A stretch of DNA of 248,000 bases, taken from NCBI GenBank assembly GCA_009859145.1, contig VRVR01000013.1:144001-392000 (forward strand), in the 5' to 3' direction. Origin of the DNA: Andalucia godoyi And28 (Eukaryota > Protista > Jakobida). The stretch's first letter is position 1. The number at the start of each line of letters is the position of its first letter. The translations under genes and the position numbers were made by a program. Positions 150,995 to 161,826 of this stretch are shown here, in pieces. The notes beneath the pieces were generated by a model, which saw only the letters and a list, made by a program, of their open reading frames with translations, had not been told where the DNA came from and did no database searches.

Positions 150995-153900
150995 TTGTTG
151001 TGTTTGGTGTTTTATTGGCGTGAAATAGCACTGTATGTAAGTATCGATTCACCATCAGTACAGATCAGAAAAAAACTGTGCATTCAAAAGAAAAGAACAA
151101 AAAAGTGGGGGGATTCCGGAATGAAATCGTCTGGAGGTGCATCCAGGCATGGGATGACTGGGCATTCCCCGGTTGGAGTGTCTCAGAAGTACAAGCTGTC
151201 GGCTGTCATATCGCCCAAATCTTCTCATGCAAAGCCGAAAGCTGTTACTCGACTGACGTTTTCCACTCTGAAGTCGCACGATGGCAGCAAACGTGACGAA
151301 AGCGAAGAGGATCACTTATCGAACAGCAATAGCATTGTGTATAAGGTTCCAGGATCACCGGCCTCGTCAACGTCATCTGCGTCGTTTGCATCGTCGAATT
151401 TCGATCCTTCGGATGCGGGAAAGACGAAAAAGTACGCTGCGGATGAGCCGGATGCTGCGACGATCGAGCGGCACAGAGAGCTTATGCAGGGAATGGATCT
151501 GTTTCTCAATCGAAAACAGGGCGAGCTGCCCGATCGAAACTTCATCACGCATGTCGCTGCGAGAATGGCAAAGGAAAACAAATTTCGATACCGTCCGACA
151601 ACTGCGTTGCCTTCTCTTCTTGCCGTGCCGTCGCGGAAAAGGGCGGAAGAAGGCGTCGTGTCTCCGTCAGCGTCAGCGTCAGCGTCAGCGTCAGCGTCAG
151701 TGTCAGATCCCAGAGTGCAGGGGACTGTGCTTCGATCGACGAGTGCAATGGAAATGGGCGATTCAAAAATCCCTAGAGAATGGGAACGATGGGAGTCCAC
151801 GCCGATTGTACCATTGGAACGACCTGCTTCGTCCGCGGCGTATCTCGTCCGCTATGACCATCCGTCCGCTTCTAGGATCACTGCTACGGACCTGGACGAT
151901 CTGCCTGCGATGAATGATGACGGTTCGCATAGCTATCCTGCTTCTAATGCGGGTCGGCCTGCATCAAGACAGTTCTCGAGGACCATTGATGATATGCAAC
152001 TTGCAGACGATGGAATTGATGTTGCTGATGCGTACCCTGGAGGTGACTTCACAGATCATGAACAGTCGCAACCACAATCCCAGCTTCTGTCGTCGTCGTC
152101 TTTTTTATCACCGCAGCATCAGCAGCAGCAACAGATGAACAGCGCCGAAGCCAGAGCTGGCGAGACGAATCGGTTTGAGAAATGGCGGCGAAAGGTGTTT
152201 CCGTCGTTGATTCCTGCGACTCGCGAGCAAGTCAAGGCTCTCGAAGAGTTTTTCCTGACCTCTCTCGAGCGGCACGAAGAGGAAGCACGCGCACTGCCGA
152301 CGCTGGATCCGAGTCTGCGACCCTCGGACCAAGAGATTGCGTCGCAGATGCTTGCGAAAGAGCTGTATCTCGTCGATGTTACAATGTCTGAGCTCGTTCG
152401 TCAGGTTTCGACAGACTGCCGAGACCGTGGTTCGCTGCTCACCAGTCTCTACGAGTTGCTGGTGAAGCGCATTGAAGACTGCCCATCACTGATTCAAAAT
152501 CTCGAGACGCAGGTCCACTCGCTTTCTGATGAGGTCAAGCGCTTGGACTCTGAGAACGAGGAGAAGACAAAGAAGGTTGCAGAGCTGGAGATGACATCCT
152601 CGGATGCGATACGAAAGTCTGAGACGACAAAGCGCGAAACGGAGATGGTCAGACGCGATCTGCGGCACTCGGAGGCCATGATTACGCGGCTCAATGAGGA
152701 GGTGAAGAACCTGAGGTCGGAGGTGGATCGTGCGGCACGATGGCGAGAGTTCCATGAATCTGTAGAATCGGAGTTGATGGCGCAGTGCAAGTACTATCAG
152801 AGAGTTGCCGTTGGACTTCGTGGCCGTTACGAAGATTTGCTGCGAAAGGGAAAAGCGACAGAGTCGTCGAGGTCAAAAGCAAAGCAAACGGAAGGACATT
152901 CTGACGATGACAATGATGGTGATGATGATCGGGGCTCTTCCGCTTCGGATGTTTCCATAGACGACGGAGAAGTTATCCGTCATTCCTCCAAGCAGGATTA
153001 TGGGATTTCTGTGTCTCCACCGAACCTTTTGATTTCTGTTTCCAATTCGGAAGATGGTGGTGGTTCGTCGGACCCGACTTCACCAATGATTGTCAGACCT
153101 GTTCCAACGTCCCCCGTCGTCCAACAGCAGCAGCAGCAGCAGCAGCAGCAGTTCGTGGATGACGGCTTCGAATCCCCAGACTCTGGAATTCCGGACGGTG
153201 TGCTGAGTGCAAACAAGAAGAAGAGACGAAGGCGGGACAGGGAATTCACCAATTCAATCCCGGTGTCCAAATATTCGACTCTTACCAAGGGAGATCTTTC
153301 GAGATTCGCAGATGAAATTGGAAGTGAAAACGACGATCGATTGCCCGCTGGTGCTGTCTCCGCAGTAGAGAGAAAGCAGAGCATTCGTGTCGTCAAAGGA
153401 AGCAGATCTCCGTCCCTCGTGACCGTTACCAACGGTCCAATGCAGCAAGGCGGCATGGACAACATCGGTGCATCTACTTCTGATTCGGTGTCTGCAGACC
153501 AGGCTGTTGTGTTTGGGCGCGACGACGAGGAGATGGCAGACAATGGCTCAGAGGGACCTGACTCGTCTCTTGTCGATGAAAAATTTGCGCAGCATCACAA
153601 AATGCTTCGTGAATTGCAACGAACGTCGCAAGAGCAAGTTCGCCAGATCGAGCTCAGCCGTCAGCCGACATCCATTTTGAAAGATGGGGAGCAAATCGAA
153701 AAGAAGAAGAGGAAGAAACAAGAGGAAGACCAGGAGAAATTGGCGGCGGGCGAGTTAGTAGAAGCCTCTCCTACGGCTCCAAACAAGGTCAGCTTTGGCT
153801 CCGCTCACGTGCAGATGCAAGAAGCTGCGGATGAACAAGAATATGAACCCGACCACGAGAATGACGATCATGATGCGGATGACGTCGAAGGACGCGGATC

Positions 153901-156382
153901 GGACAGTTCGGATGCTGTCGAGGAACTTCGTCCCCCTGTCGCAAAGAAGAGTCCTCTTCGGAAGAAGTCCAAGAAGCAGTCTGGCAAAGCGACGGATGCA
154001 GACGTGTGGGAGAAGGCTTCAAAGATCCGAAAAGATCGATATGGATCGAAAGACTCGATCAGCGATGACGGCTGGAAAGAGATCCTGGGCATCTCGCAGT
154101 CGAATGTTCAAGAAAAATTCGAAAAGAAGAAAAAGGAGCGCGCAAAGAGGAGGGCGGACGAAGAGTCGATCGCAAAATCATCTGCAGCTTTCTTGGCAAT
154201 TCCGGCGGAGCGCCGCCGAACGGAGTCTTCAGCGTCCTCTGGCTCGGATGGTGCATGGGAAGATGTCATGGACTCGATTGCAGAAGGTACATCTTCGCTT
154301 TCTCGAGGCACCGTTGAAATGCTTGATAAGAACTGCCAGACAGATCTCAAGGACGATGTCGTCCCCGTCTCCAAAGATGAATTGGCACACGATAGCGGTG
154401 TTTCGGATTCTTCTCACGTGGACACAGATGAAGAAGAAGACCTGATTTCCGATTTGATGTCGTATTCAAAGACGTTCATCAAGGATGGCGGCCTTTCGGA
154501 CATGGAAGCGGCGATTGGGAAGAAACAAGAGGAGCAGACCAAGTCGAAGAACAAGAAGCGATCGAAACGGAAGTTTTCCAAGATTGAAATCGAGGCTATT
154601 TTGCTGCGGTTCCTTGAAAAGTTTGTTCCGTTCTTGCAATCACGCGCAGAACGAGAGTTCAGGACCGGGACTTCGTTTGCGCTGACGACAAAGCCAGCGC
154701 CAAAGCCGCCGATGATGATCGAGGTTGCGATCAACACGGACTATGTGGCAGAAAGGAAGCGCAAGTACGATGATTCTGATCACATTGGAAACTCGACAAC
154801 CGAAGGGGGACTGGTTGCTGTGAACCCTTATGGAGCAACAGGAGGACTGGACAGCCAGGGCATGGCAGCAAGGTTCCAGCAGTCGCTGTTCCTTCGGAAA
154901 TATGTCTTTCCTTACGAATCGGCAGACGCAATCCGGCACATTCACATGACTGCTATTTCCATGCGGCCCCAGAAGAGCTGGGGCTGGCTCTCCTCGACCG
155001 TGGAAAAAATACTGCAGCTCGCAACGTCTGCGATGCAGCATCATTCCGAACTTCATGTCGTTCAGCACTTGGGAGTCATTGCAATTCAGCACTTCTCTTC
155101 GCAATATGGTCTCCATGCCCTCTTCGAGCAGTCCATCGTGGATTTTTATCGTGCCGTTGCGGCATACGCGCTGCGAGATGGGTACATTGAGCTGGTTCGT
155201 CGTTTTCTGGACGACGAATACAACGTTGATCAGTTATCGTTTTTCTTGTCTTTACGTTCCGCCGTTCTGCCGTTACTCTTTCTGCCGTCCGCCATGGAGA
155301 CGGACGGATTTACACCGTCGTCGGAAAAAGGTCGATCAGCAGGTAGTGTTCAGCAATCTCAAGCTGTTGTCATTTCAAAGTCGTATTTAACAATGGAAAG
155401 GGTCTCTGCTCTGGTGCATCGCTTTTTTGGCCATCGCTCGTCACAGGATCGGGCGCAGTTCCTGCAGCAGATTGATTCTGCGACTGAGTATCTTGGATAC
155501 GGGGAGTCGTATAAGAAAATGGACGCGGCGAGATTTTTGCATCTGAGCGTCCTTGAATGGCGGCGAGATCAATTGCGGTACACTCTTCACATGACACATG
155601 TGTTCCGCATGATGGATACCCGGCGTGTGAGCGCTTTGTCTTCTGTCGATGCTGTCCGAGCAACCAGCTCTGTTTTCCCGCTGGTTCCTCAGGACTTGAT
155701 TCAACGGTGGTTTGCGGAAGTTCCCGATGAGCGCGATGAGGACGAGAACGAAGAAGGGCTCGGGGAGAAGGAGGACGCCGTTGATCTTCCTCGCTTCATG
155801 TCTGTGCTGCTTCCACGATTGCACTTTTGTTTAAGTCAGCGCCCGACGTCGGATTCAGCATCGATTCAGACCGCGACAGTGGTTCATCGCCCAGGGTGCG
155901 ATCCGATCAAGGTTTACGCGAACAACATGTACACTAATCCCACTGCATTTGGAGATCCGGACAATGCTGTTGGAGCGGAAGAGGATGGCGCCAATTCACA
156001 GCAGTACTTCTTTGAAGATGCTCTAAACGACGCAATGTCCTCTCTGGTGCAGCGCCACTACCTTTCCTTTCATCCTATGCTGAAGAACATTATTTCGCGC
156101 CTTGCACAAGGAAATGGATCGCAGCTCGACAAGGACACGCTGCTCAAGGCGTGCGGTGTACTGACCCACAACGTCGAAGACCTTATTGACAATCGTCGCG
156201 GAAATCGTGCTCTTGATGCATATCGACAGCTCCTGTCCATGGTTCTCGGTGCCATGCTGGTCATCGAGCGTCCGGAAAAGCGAGACGCCGTCTTCGCAGA
156301 CAGGGAACTGCTGCTGTATGAAGAGCTTGTCCTCGGCCGTGATCAATCATATTGCGACCGAGGGGATGTGTATGGCTGTTGA
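150995..156382 (+). CDS. Large protein with p28 dynein light-chain-like domain and coiled coils
   Basis: SELVRQVSTDCRDRG motif; 1795 aa. Confidence 0.55.
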   Translation: MLCLVFYWREIALYVSIDSPSVQIRKKLCIQKKRTKKWGDSGMKSSGGASRHGMTGHSPVGVSQKYKLSAVISPKSSHAKPKAVTRLTFSTLKSHDGSKRDESEEDHLSNSNSIVYKVPGSPASSTSSASFASSNFDPSDAGKTKKYAADEPDAATIERHRELMQGMDLFLNRKQGELPDRNFITHVAARMAKENKFRYRPTTALPSLLAVPSRKRAEEGVVSPSASASASASASVSDPRVQGTVLRSTSAMEMGDSKIPREWERWESTPIVPLERPASSAAYLVRYDHPSASRITATDLDDLPAMNDDGSHSYPASNAGRPASRQFSRTIDDMQLADDGIDVADAYPGGDFTDHEQSQPQSQLLSSSSFLSPQHQQQQQMNSAEARAGETNRFEKWRRKVFPSLIPATREQVKALEEFFLTSLERHEEEARALPTLDPSLRPSDQEIASQMLAKELYLVDVTMSELVRQVSTDCRDRGSLLTSLYELLVKRIEDCPSLIQNLETQVHSLSDEVKRLDSENEEKTKKVAELEMTSSDAIRKSETTKRETEMVRRDLRHSEAMITRLNEEVKNLRSEVDRAARWREFHESVESELMAQCKYYQRVAVGLRGRYEDLLRKGKATESSRSKAKQTEGHSDDDNDGDDDRGSSASDVSIDDGEVIRHSSKQDYGISVSPPNLLISVSNSEDGGGSSDPTSPMIVRPVPTSPVVQQQQQQQQQQFVDDGFESPDSGIPDGVLSANKKKRRRRDREFTNSIPVSKYSTLTKGDLSRFADEIGSENDDRLPAGAVSAVERKQSIRVVKGSRSPSLVTVTNGPMQQGGMDNIGASTSDSVSADQAVVFGRDDEEMADNGSEGPDSSLVDEKFAQHHKMLRELQRTSQEQVRQIELSRQPTSILKDGEQIEKKKRKKQEEDQEKLAAGELVEASPTAPNKVSFGSAHVQMQEAADEQEYEPDHENDDHDADDVEGRGSDSSDAVEELRPPVAKKSPLRKKSKKQSGKATDADVWEKASKIRKDRYGSKDSISDDGWKEILGISQSNVQEKFEKKKKERAKRRADEESIAKSSAAFLAIPAERRRTESSASSGSDGAWEDVMDSIAEGTSSLSRGTVEMLDKNCQTDLKDDVVPVSKDELAHDSGVSDSSHVDTDEEEDLISDLMSYSKTFIKDGGLSDMEAAIGKKQEEQTKSKNKKRSKRKFSKIEIEAILLRFLEKFVPFLQSRAEREFRTGTSFALTTKPAPKPPMMIEVAINTDYVAERKRKYDDSDHIGNSTTEGGLVAVNPYGATGGLDSQGMAARFQQSLFLRKYVFPYESADAIRHIHMTAISMRPQKSWGWLSSTVEKILQLATSAMQHHSELHVVQHLGVIAIQHFSSQYGLHALFEQSIVDFYRAVAAYALRDGYIELVRRFLDDEYNVDQLSFFLSLRSAVLPLLFLPSAMETDGFTPSSEKGRSAGSVQQSQAVVISKSYLTMERVSALVHRFFGHRSSQDRAQFLQQIDSATEYLGYGESYKKMDAARFLHLSVLEWRRDQLRYTLHMTHVFRMMDTRRVSALSSVDAVRATSSVFPLVPQDLIQRWFAEVPDERDEDENEEGLGEKEDAVDLPRFMSVLLPRLHFCLSQRPTSDSASIQTATVVHRPGCDPIKVYANNMYTNPTAFGDPDNAVGAEEDGANSQQYFFEDALNDAMSSLVQRHYLSFHPMLKNIISRLAQGNGSQLDKDTLLKACGVLTHNVEDLIDNRRGNRALDAYRQLLSMVLGAMLVIERPEKRDAVFADRELLLYEELVLGRDQSYCDRGDVYGC

Positions 156383-156580
156383 TGTTGACGGACCTCTCTG
156401 AGCACGTGATTCTTTCTTCCCGTCATGTCATTTATAATAAATTAATTATTTAAAAAATAAAATAAAATATAATATTAAAATATAAAAATATAAAAAAAAA
156501 ACACGCAATGCAATGTAGTGCAATGCAGCATCATTCCTGAAGTGCGCACAGAGAGAACGAGCCTCTCTGCGCTCTTGTTT

Positions 156581-159500
156581 TTACCAAACATCATCGTACT
156601 GAGAGTACTGAGATCCAGCAGACTCTGAAAGGGTGCCCACGGACACGAGAGATTCCTGCGACATTTGCTGAGAAGCTGTCGACATTCCCATGTTAACTGA
156701 GCCAACAGACGACTGCTGCGAGAACACCTGGTCATCCGCAGCTGGTGCCTTGGAAAGGGACGTACCAAACAGCTGTGAAGATGCCTGATGCTGCTGCATC
156801 TGGCCCAGTGGGATCGGAAGACCCATCAAGAGTCGATCTTGCGGACGCAACTCCCGGGGCTTCTGAAGCTGCACGCTGGTTTCCTTGAGTGCAGACAACG
156901 GTCCTTCCACCAACAATCGTTTCTCCTTGAAAAAGATCAACAGCAGATTCCAGATCGGTTGCCGAGACAACACCCGAGCATTCCCAACGATCACAAGACC
157001 ATAGCGAGCTCGCGTCAGAGCAACGTTCAGACGTCGCGCATCCGAAAGGAAACCAATCCCTTGTCTTTCGTTCGATCGAACGCACGACAAGATGATGTAG
157101 TCTTTCTCCCGGCCCTGGAAAGAGTCTACCGACGCGACCTCGACATCACGATACAATTGCGACCGCAGCGGTCCGACGCGCTGCATGAGAGACACAATGT
157201 ATGCTCGCTGTCCTTCGTATGGAGTGATCACGCCAATTCTGTCCGGGGTCACACCAGATTCAAGAAGACGAGTAACAAGACGCTCCACAAGAGCAGCCTC
157301 TGTTCGATTCAAATACGAGGTGCCGGATGCTGAAAGCTCCTCCACTCCCTGAGGAACGTGATGAACAAACATAGGGTTTTCAATATCGGGCCAGGGGAAA
157401 CCGCTGGATGAAGATGAACCGTTCGAAACCGTCAGCACACGTGACCGCTCTGTTGCCGTCACACCATTTTGCAAAGTCCCCTCGTAAAAATAGGTGGATG
157501 GAAACTCGGACAAGCACGGGTGCATACGGTACTGAACTTGCAATCGAATTGGCCTGTAGCCGAGAATGACCAAACGTTCAAACAACGACCTCGAAAGCCC
157601 AGCCTCCGCCGCTTGCTTGCACACAATCACAGGACCAAGCTGGCAGTGATCACCCACAAGAACAACTTGCTGAGCACCCTTGACAAGAGGGATTAACGCC
157701 TCTGGCTCTGTCGCTTGCGTCGCTTCATCTAGTAACACGGTGCGGAAGAGCAAGCCAGCCATGCGTCCGTCTCCGGCACCGACGCATGTTGTGCAGACCA
157801 CTTCTGCAGACTTGAGCAAGTCCCGCTCGATTCGTCTCACAAGAACACGAACCTTGCGTCTGGACGCCTGGCTGAGTTCGGAAGATGATCGACTGTTCTT
157901 CCCCTTTGAAGTGGAATTGGGTGTGGAAGAAAATGGATCAAAATCCTCGTCCCCTTCATCACCATCTTCTTCGTCGTCGTCATCGTCGTCGATTCCCTCG
158001 GCAACACGCACCAATCGCATCAATTCTGCCTTTTCAGCAGCAGAGAAGTTGCGAAACTCAGTGTATGCCTTCTTTGCCTCGGACTTGGGTTCGCCGGCAT
158101 CTTTCTTTTTTCCGGCCTCTCCAGCCTCCAGCAGCGCTCTCAGAATTGCCGCAACTTGGCGATGCAGAGTGAGTTGCTCAACAACAGGAGGCATCTGAAC
158201 AGATTCGCGAGACCTTGCGCACAATCGGACAACCCGAAGGCCGGTTCGCTGAATCCGTTCTGATAGCTGGTCAACAGCAGTGTTCGAAGGAGCAGTGACA
158301 AGCACGGAGCCGTGTCCTTGGATGGATCTTGCCAAGTGGTACACCAAAGCAGCAGACGTAACGGTCTTTCCAGTGCCAGGAGGCCCCTGGATCAATGACA
158401 ACGGTCTTTGCAGAACCGCGCGAATCGCCGCAACTTGAGAATGGTTGAGTTCAGGCAAGTTTGGAACAGAAAGCTTCTTGGGAAGGTTCACACCTCCAAA
158501 GTTCGTCATCGTCATGCCTCCAGAGTTCTTCGAATCTGCGGCTGCATCCACTGTGAATGACATTGAGTAGTCCTCCGGATGACCAAGCACGCGTGCATAC
158601 ACCGCATCTGAACAATACATTCTGCTCTTTTCGGTGCCCTTTTTTTGCCGAGAAGCAAATGTCTTGAGTGCGGCCATCATGCGATCAAACGACGTACTCT
158701 TCCACACAAAATCAACGGAGAAGTTGGAGGAAAGGTCCACGGGAATGGGCGAGTGCGGAGAGTGAATTTCGAGCGCGACTTCCTCAGTCGACGTCAAGCG
158801 CACGATATGCCCGACAGCTTCCCACGCGTCATGTGCAGCATCACCCTGGTGCCGAAGTTTGAGCTCATCTCCGGGGACCAATCGCAGTTCATTATCTTCC
158901 TTGGGATACAAAAAGTATCCAATAGCACGATGATAATGATGATGATGATGTCCACCTGAAACACCAGAGCCATCCGGGTTAATGCCAGGATGCACATGTG
159001 CAGTGAGGTCCCACCGCACAGTAAGTCCTTCTCTGGTCTGCGACTCCTTCACTCGACGATCATATGCAGCTTCAAGCTTGACAAGAGGGGCCAAAATCGA
159101 CATGTACTGCGCCCCGTCTTCATACACAAACTGAGCGGGTTGCACTTGCTCTTCCTTGGCAGCAGCAGCATTTTCGCCGACATTCGCCAGCGCGTCATTT
159201 GCAGCATTTGCAGCCGATCCCGAATTCTGCGTTGCCTTCCAGTGATCCTCCATCCTTTGCATGATTGTCGGTGTGACACTCTTTGCTTTGCGGACCTCTT
159301 CTTCTGACGGTGGAGGAACCAACCAGGAGACGAATGCTCGACCGACAATCAGCGGGTTCCAGGAAGCGAGGTCCCAGTCGGTGTCCTTCAGAGGTGACGA
159401 ATGGAGGCACGGCTCGCGACACAGCAAAACCACCAATGCATCCGACTTTGAGGGAACGTACCCCAGCAAGAATACATTCTTGCATCCGCAATTGTAACAT

Positions 159501-160033
159501 TCAAGAGTCGAATCGCCTAAAGGCGAATCCGGGTGCAGCGAAACTTCTCGATATCGAGAGCGGACAAGGTGGGCAATAATGTGAGACGCAGTCCCAATCA
159601 CGACTCTGTTATTGGAAGAGATCGACGGTCCCAGTTGCGTCGATGAGCTGCCGATCGACGTGACATCTCCAAGCGCATTCGATGTTTCGTCACCAACTGC
159701 CTGTGATGGCACCGAGCTTTGTTGTTGCTGTTGTTGCTGCTGTTGCTGTTGTTCTTGCTGCTGTTGCTGCTGCTTCTGCTGTAAATACGGGTCAAAAGGA
159801 TGGATGTTCGAAGTCAGAGTATGCGAGGAATTGCAGAACCAGCGCTTAGTCGTTGCGCATCGAACGACGGATGACGGGTTGGAGATTCCACAATACGCAC
159901 ACGCATGCTCGGGGAGATCCGACGCTTCTGCATGCAGAAGCGTGTGGGACTGGGATGGCTGCTGTGCAGAAGCCGATGCAGAGTCCGACAGTGAAAGAGA
160001 AGAAGCCAGGGCCGCTGACAGTGACAATGACAT
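156581..160033 (-). CDS. UPF1: NMD helicase UPF1
   Basis: CH domain, QGPPGTGKT, LDEATQ, VDSFQGREKD. Confidence 0.96.
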   Translation of the reverse strand: MSLSLSAALASSLSLSDSASASAQQPSQSHTLLHAEASDLPEHACAYCGISNPSSVVRCATTKRWFCNSSHTLTSNIHPFDPYLQQKQQQQQQEQQQQQQQQQQQSSVPSQAVGDETSNALGDVTSIGSSSTQLGPSISSNNRVVIGTASHIIAHLVRSRYREVSLHPDSPLGDSTLECYNCGCKNVFLLGYVPSKSDALVVLLCREPCLHSSPLKDTDWDLASWNPLIVGRAFVSWLVPPPSEEEVRKAKSVTPTIMQRMEDHWKATQNSGSAANAANDALANVGENAAAAKEEQVQPAQFVYEDGAQYMSILAPLVKLEAAYDRRVKESQTREGLTVRWDLTAHVHPGINPDGSGVSGGHHHHHYHRAIGYFLYPKEDNELRLVPGDELKLRHQGDAAHDAWEAVGHIVRLTSTEEVALEIHSPHSPIPVDLSSNFSVDFVWKSTSFDRMMAALKTFASRQKKGTEKSRMYCSDAVYARVLGHPEDYSMSFTVDAAADSKNSGGMTMTNFGGVNLPKKLSVPNLPELNHSQVAAIRAVLQRPLSLIQGPPGTGKTVTSAALVYHLARSIQGHGSVLVTAPSNTAVDQLSERIQRTGLRVVRLCARSRESVQMPPVVEQLTLHRQVAAILRALLEAGEAGKKKDAGEPKSEAKKAYTEFRNFSAAEKAELMRLVRVAEGIDDDDDDEEDGDEGDEDFDPFSSTPNSTSKGKNSRSSSELSQASRRKVRVLVRRIERDLLKSAEVVCTTCVGAGDGRMAGLLFRTVLLDEATQATEPEALIPLVKGAQQVVLVGDHCQLGPVIVCKQAAEAGLSRSLFERLVILGYRPIRLQVQYRMHPCLSEFPSTYFYEGTLQNGVTATERSRVLTVSNGSSSSSGFPWPDIENPMFVHHVPQGVEELSASGTSYLNRTEAALVERLVTRLLESGVTPDRIGVITPYEGQRAYIVSLMQRVGPLRSQLYRDVEVASVDSFQGREKDYIILSCVRSNERQGIGFLSDARRLNVALTRARYGLVIVGNARVLSRQPIWNLLLIFFKEKRLLVEGPLSALKETSVQLQKPRELRPQDRLLMGLPIPLGQMQQHQASSQLFGTSLSKAPAADDQVFSQQSSVGSVNMGMSTASQQMSQESLVSVGTLSESAGSQYSQYDDVW

Positions 160034-160343
160034 TTCTTCTTCTTCTTTTGTTTTCCTGATTGCTATGTCTCTGCTCGACTCACACGTTGAAAATAGGAAG
160101 ACGAGGGCAAGAAACTGAGGTGCGAGGACTGATTAAGAAAGCACAAAAAATTAATAATAATTAAAAGACAAAATGCAAAAAATGCAAAAATACAAAAGAA
160201 ATTCAAAGGAAGAAAAGCCCCAAAGGCTTTTTCTAAAGAAGGAGGCAAAAGAGCGACTGACTGCAAAATGACGGAGTATCGTAAGAGGAGGGATTGTACA
160301 GCTGGTAAAAGCCCCTCCCGACAGTTGATTTTTCGCCGGGGGG

Positions 160344-161534
160344 CTATGGTTGCGGGTTGCGCAGCCACAGGAGTGTATTTCGTTCACAGTGCGTCGCAAG
160401 ATCGTCGAAAGGGATGCTGTAGAGCTCGGCAAGAACGGCTGCCACGGTCACAATCATAGCGGGTTCATTGCGGCCTTTCACGCAACAGTGCGCGGACCAC
160501 TTTTCCTTTTTCCGTACTTCAAAGCCGGCTGCCAGAGTCGTGGACAGGTGTGTGTCCTCTGGTTGTACTTGTGGTTCTTGTTCACCTTGCTTCGCGGTTA
160601 ATGCCCTGTTCGCTGCAGAAGCGGCCAACAATTTTGCAGAAGCGTGGGTCGGTCGAATGTCACACCACGGCGCATCGGTTTCCAAGAGCAGCCTGCTTAT
160701 CGGCACATGTTCTCGGAGCACAGCCAAGTTCTCTTCTGTTCGGAGCGAACAACCATTCACACCGATCATCAAATGGAGAGGCTGGAACTCGACTACTTGT
160801 CGTGCGTCTGCAGCCGAGCCGTCGAATGAGTGCACCACCCCAGTTGTGATGTTGTGCTGACGAAACAGATCCGCGTGTTCGGTCAGGATCTCCAGCAGAT
160901 CCGCGACACATCCATCACCTCGAGCATGCAAAAATAGGGGCTTTCCGGGCATATAGGGAACCACAGCGGACAGAATGGATCGAAGAACATGCGATTGCTC
161001 TTCCTTGGATGCAAATTCAACCCGGTCATAATCAAGCCCAACTTCTCCAATCGCCGCGATCTTCTCCAACCGCCAATCCTGCTCGCCCAAATCACGCAGC
161101 CCTTTCAAAAACCCAGCAATACGCACACACTCAGACTCCCCAAGCCTTGCACGCGTTGGATGGACTCCAACTGTCGTCCACATTTGCACACGCAATTCTT
161201 CATCCAGTCTTGGTTCGCATGCTTCCTGTTTCTCTCCAGAAGGAGGGGAAGACAAAGAAGAAGAAGGTGGTGAACTGCTACTGCTTGGCGGTTGTTCTGT
161301 ACTGCAGCGCTCAATCATCGCTAGCGCTTCAAGAGTGTCCGACAGCCTGCCTGCTGTAATCACTATCCGATCAGCCCCCGCAGAAACGGCTCGCCGAAGC
161401 ACGTGGGAAACATCCGCCGGATGCGCCTGTTTGGAGTTGTATACGCCCGCAAACATGCAGTCGGTCAGATTTGCACCAATATCAATAAACCTCTTCCCTC
161501 CTCTCTTCATCATCATTTCATCACGCTCCATCAA
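160344..161534 (-). CDS. TatD nuclease
   Basis: DIGANL, GVHP, GEVGLD, HSF, ETDAPW. Confidence 0.9.
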   Translation of the reverse strand: MMERDEMMMKRGGKRFIDIGANLTDCMFAGVYNSKQAHPADVSHVLRRAVSAGADRIVITAGRLSDTLEALAMIERCSTEQPPSSSSSPPSSSLSSPPSGEKQEACEPRLDEELRVQMWTTVGVHPTRARLGESECVRIAGFLKGLRDLGEQDWRLEKIAAIGEVGLDYDRVEFASKEEQSHVLRSILSAVVPYMPGKPLFLHARGDGCVADLLEILTEHADLFRQHNITTGVVHSFDGSAADARQVVEFQPLHLMIGVNGCSLRTEENLAVLREHVPISRLLLETDAPWCDIRPTHASAKLLAASAANRALTAKQGEQEPQVQPEDTHLSTTLAAGFEVRKKEKWSAHCCVKGRNEPAMIVTVAAVLAELYSIPFDDLATHCERNTLLWLRNPQP

Positions 161535-161826
161535 TCATTACGCTCCATAAGGTATTACCCTCATCACAAACAATCAGCGTCACACAACAATCATCATTCC
161601 AGATCTGACTACAGCCGATTCTGCACTCGTTCCGAGAGACTTCAACCCACCAATGTCGGCGAAATTGAAAAAAAACCGAGGACTCAACCGCAACAGCCGA
161701 CTACAGTGCGTGGACTTGTTTCTCTCTGCGATTCATTTGACTGCCTTTTTTACTGTCTCACTTTTCATATTTCATGACTTGTACAATATTATAATCAAAT
161801 GCTGTTTTAGCTGACGGGCCGCGCCG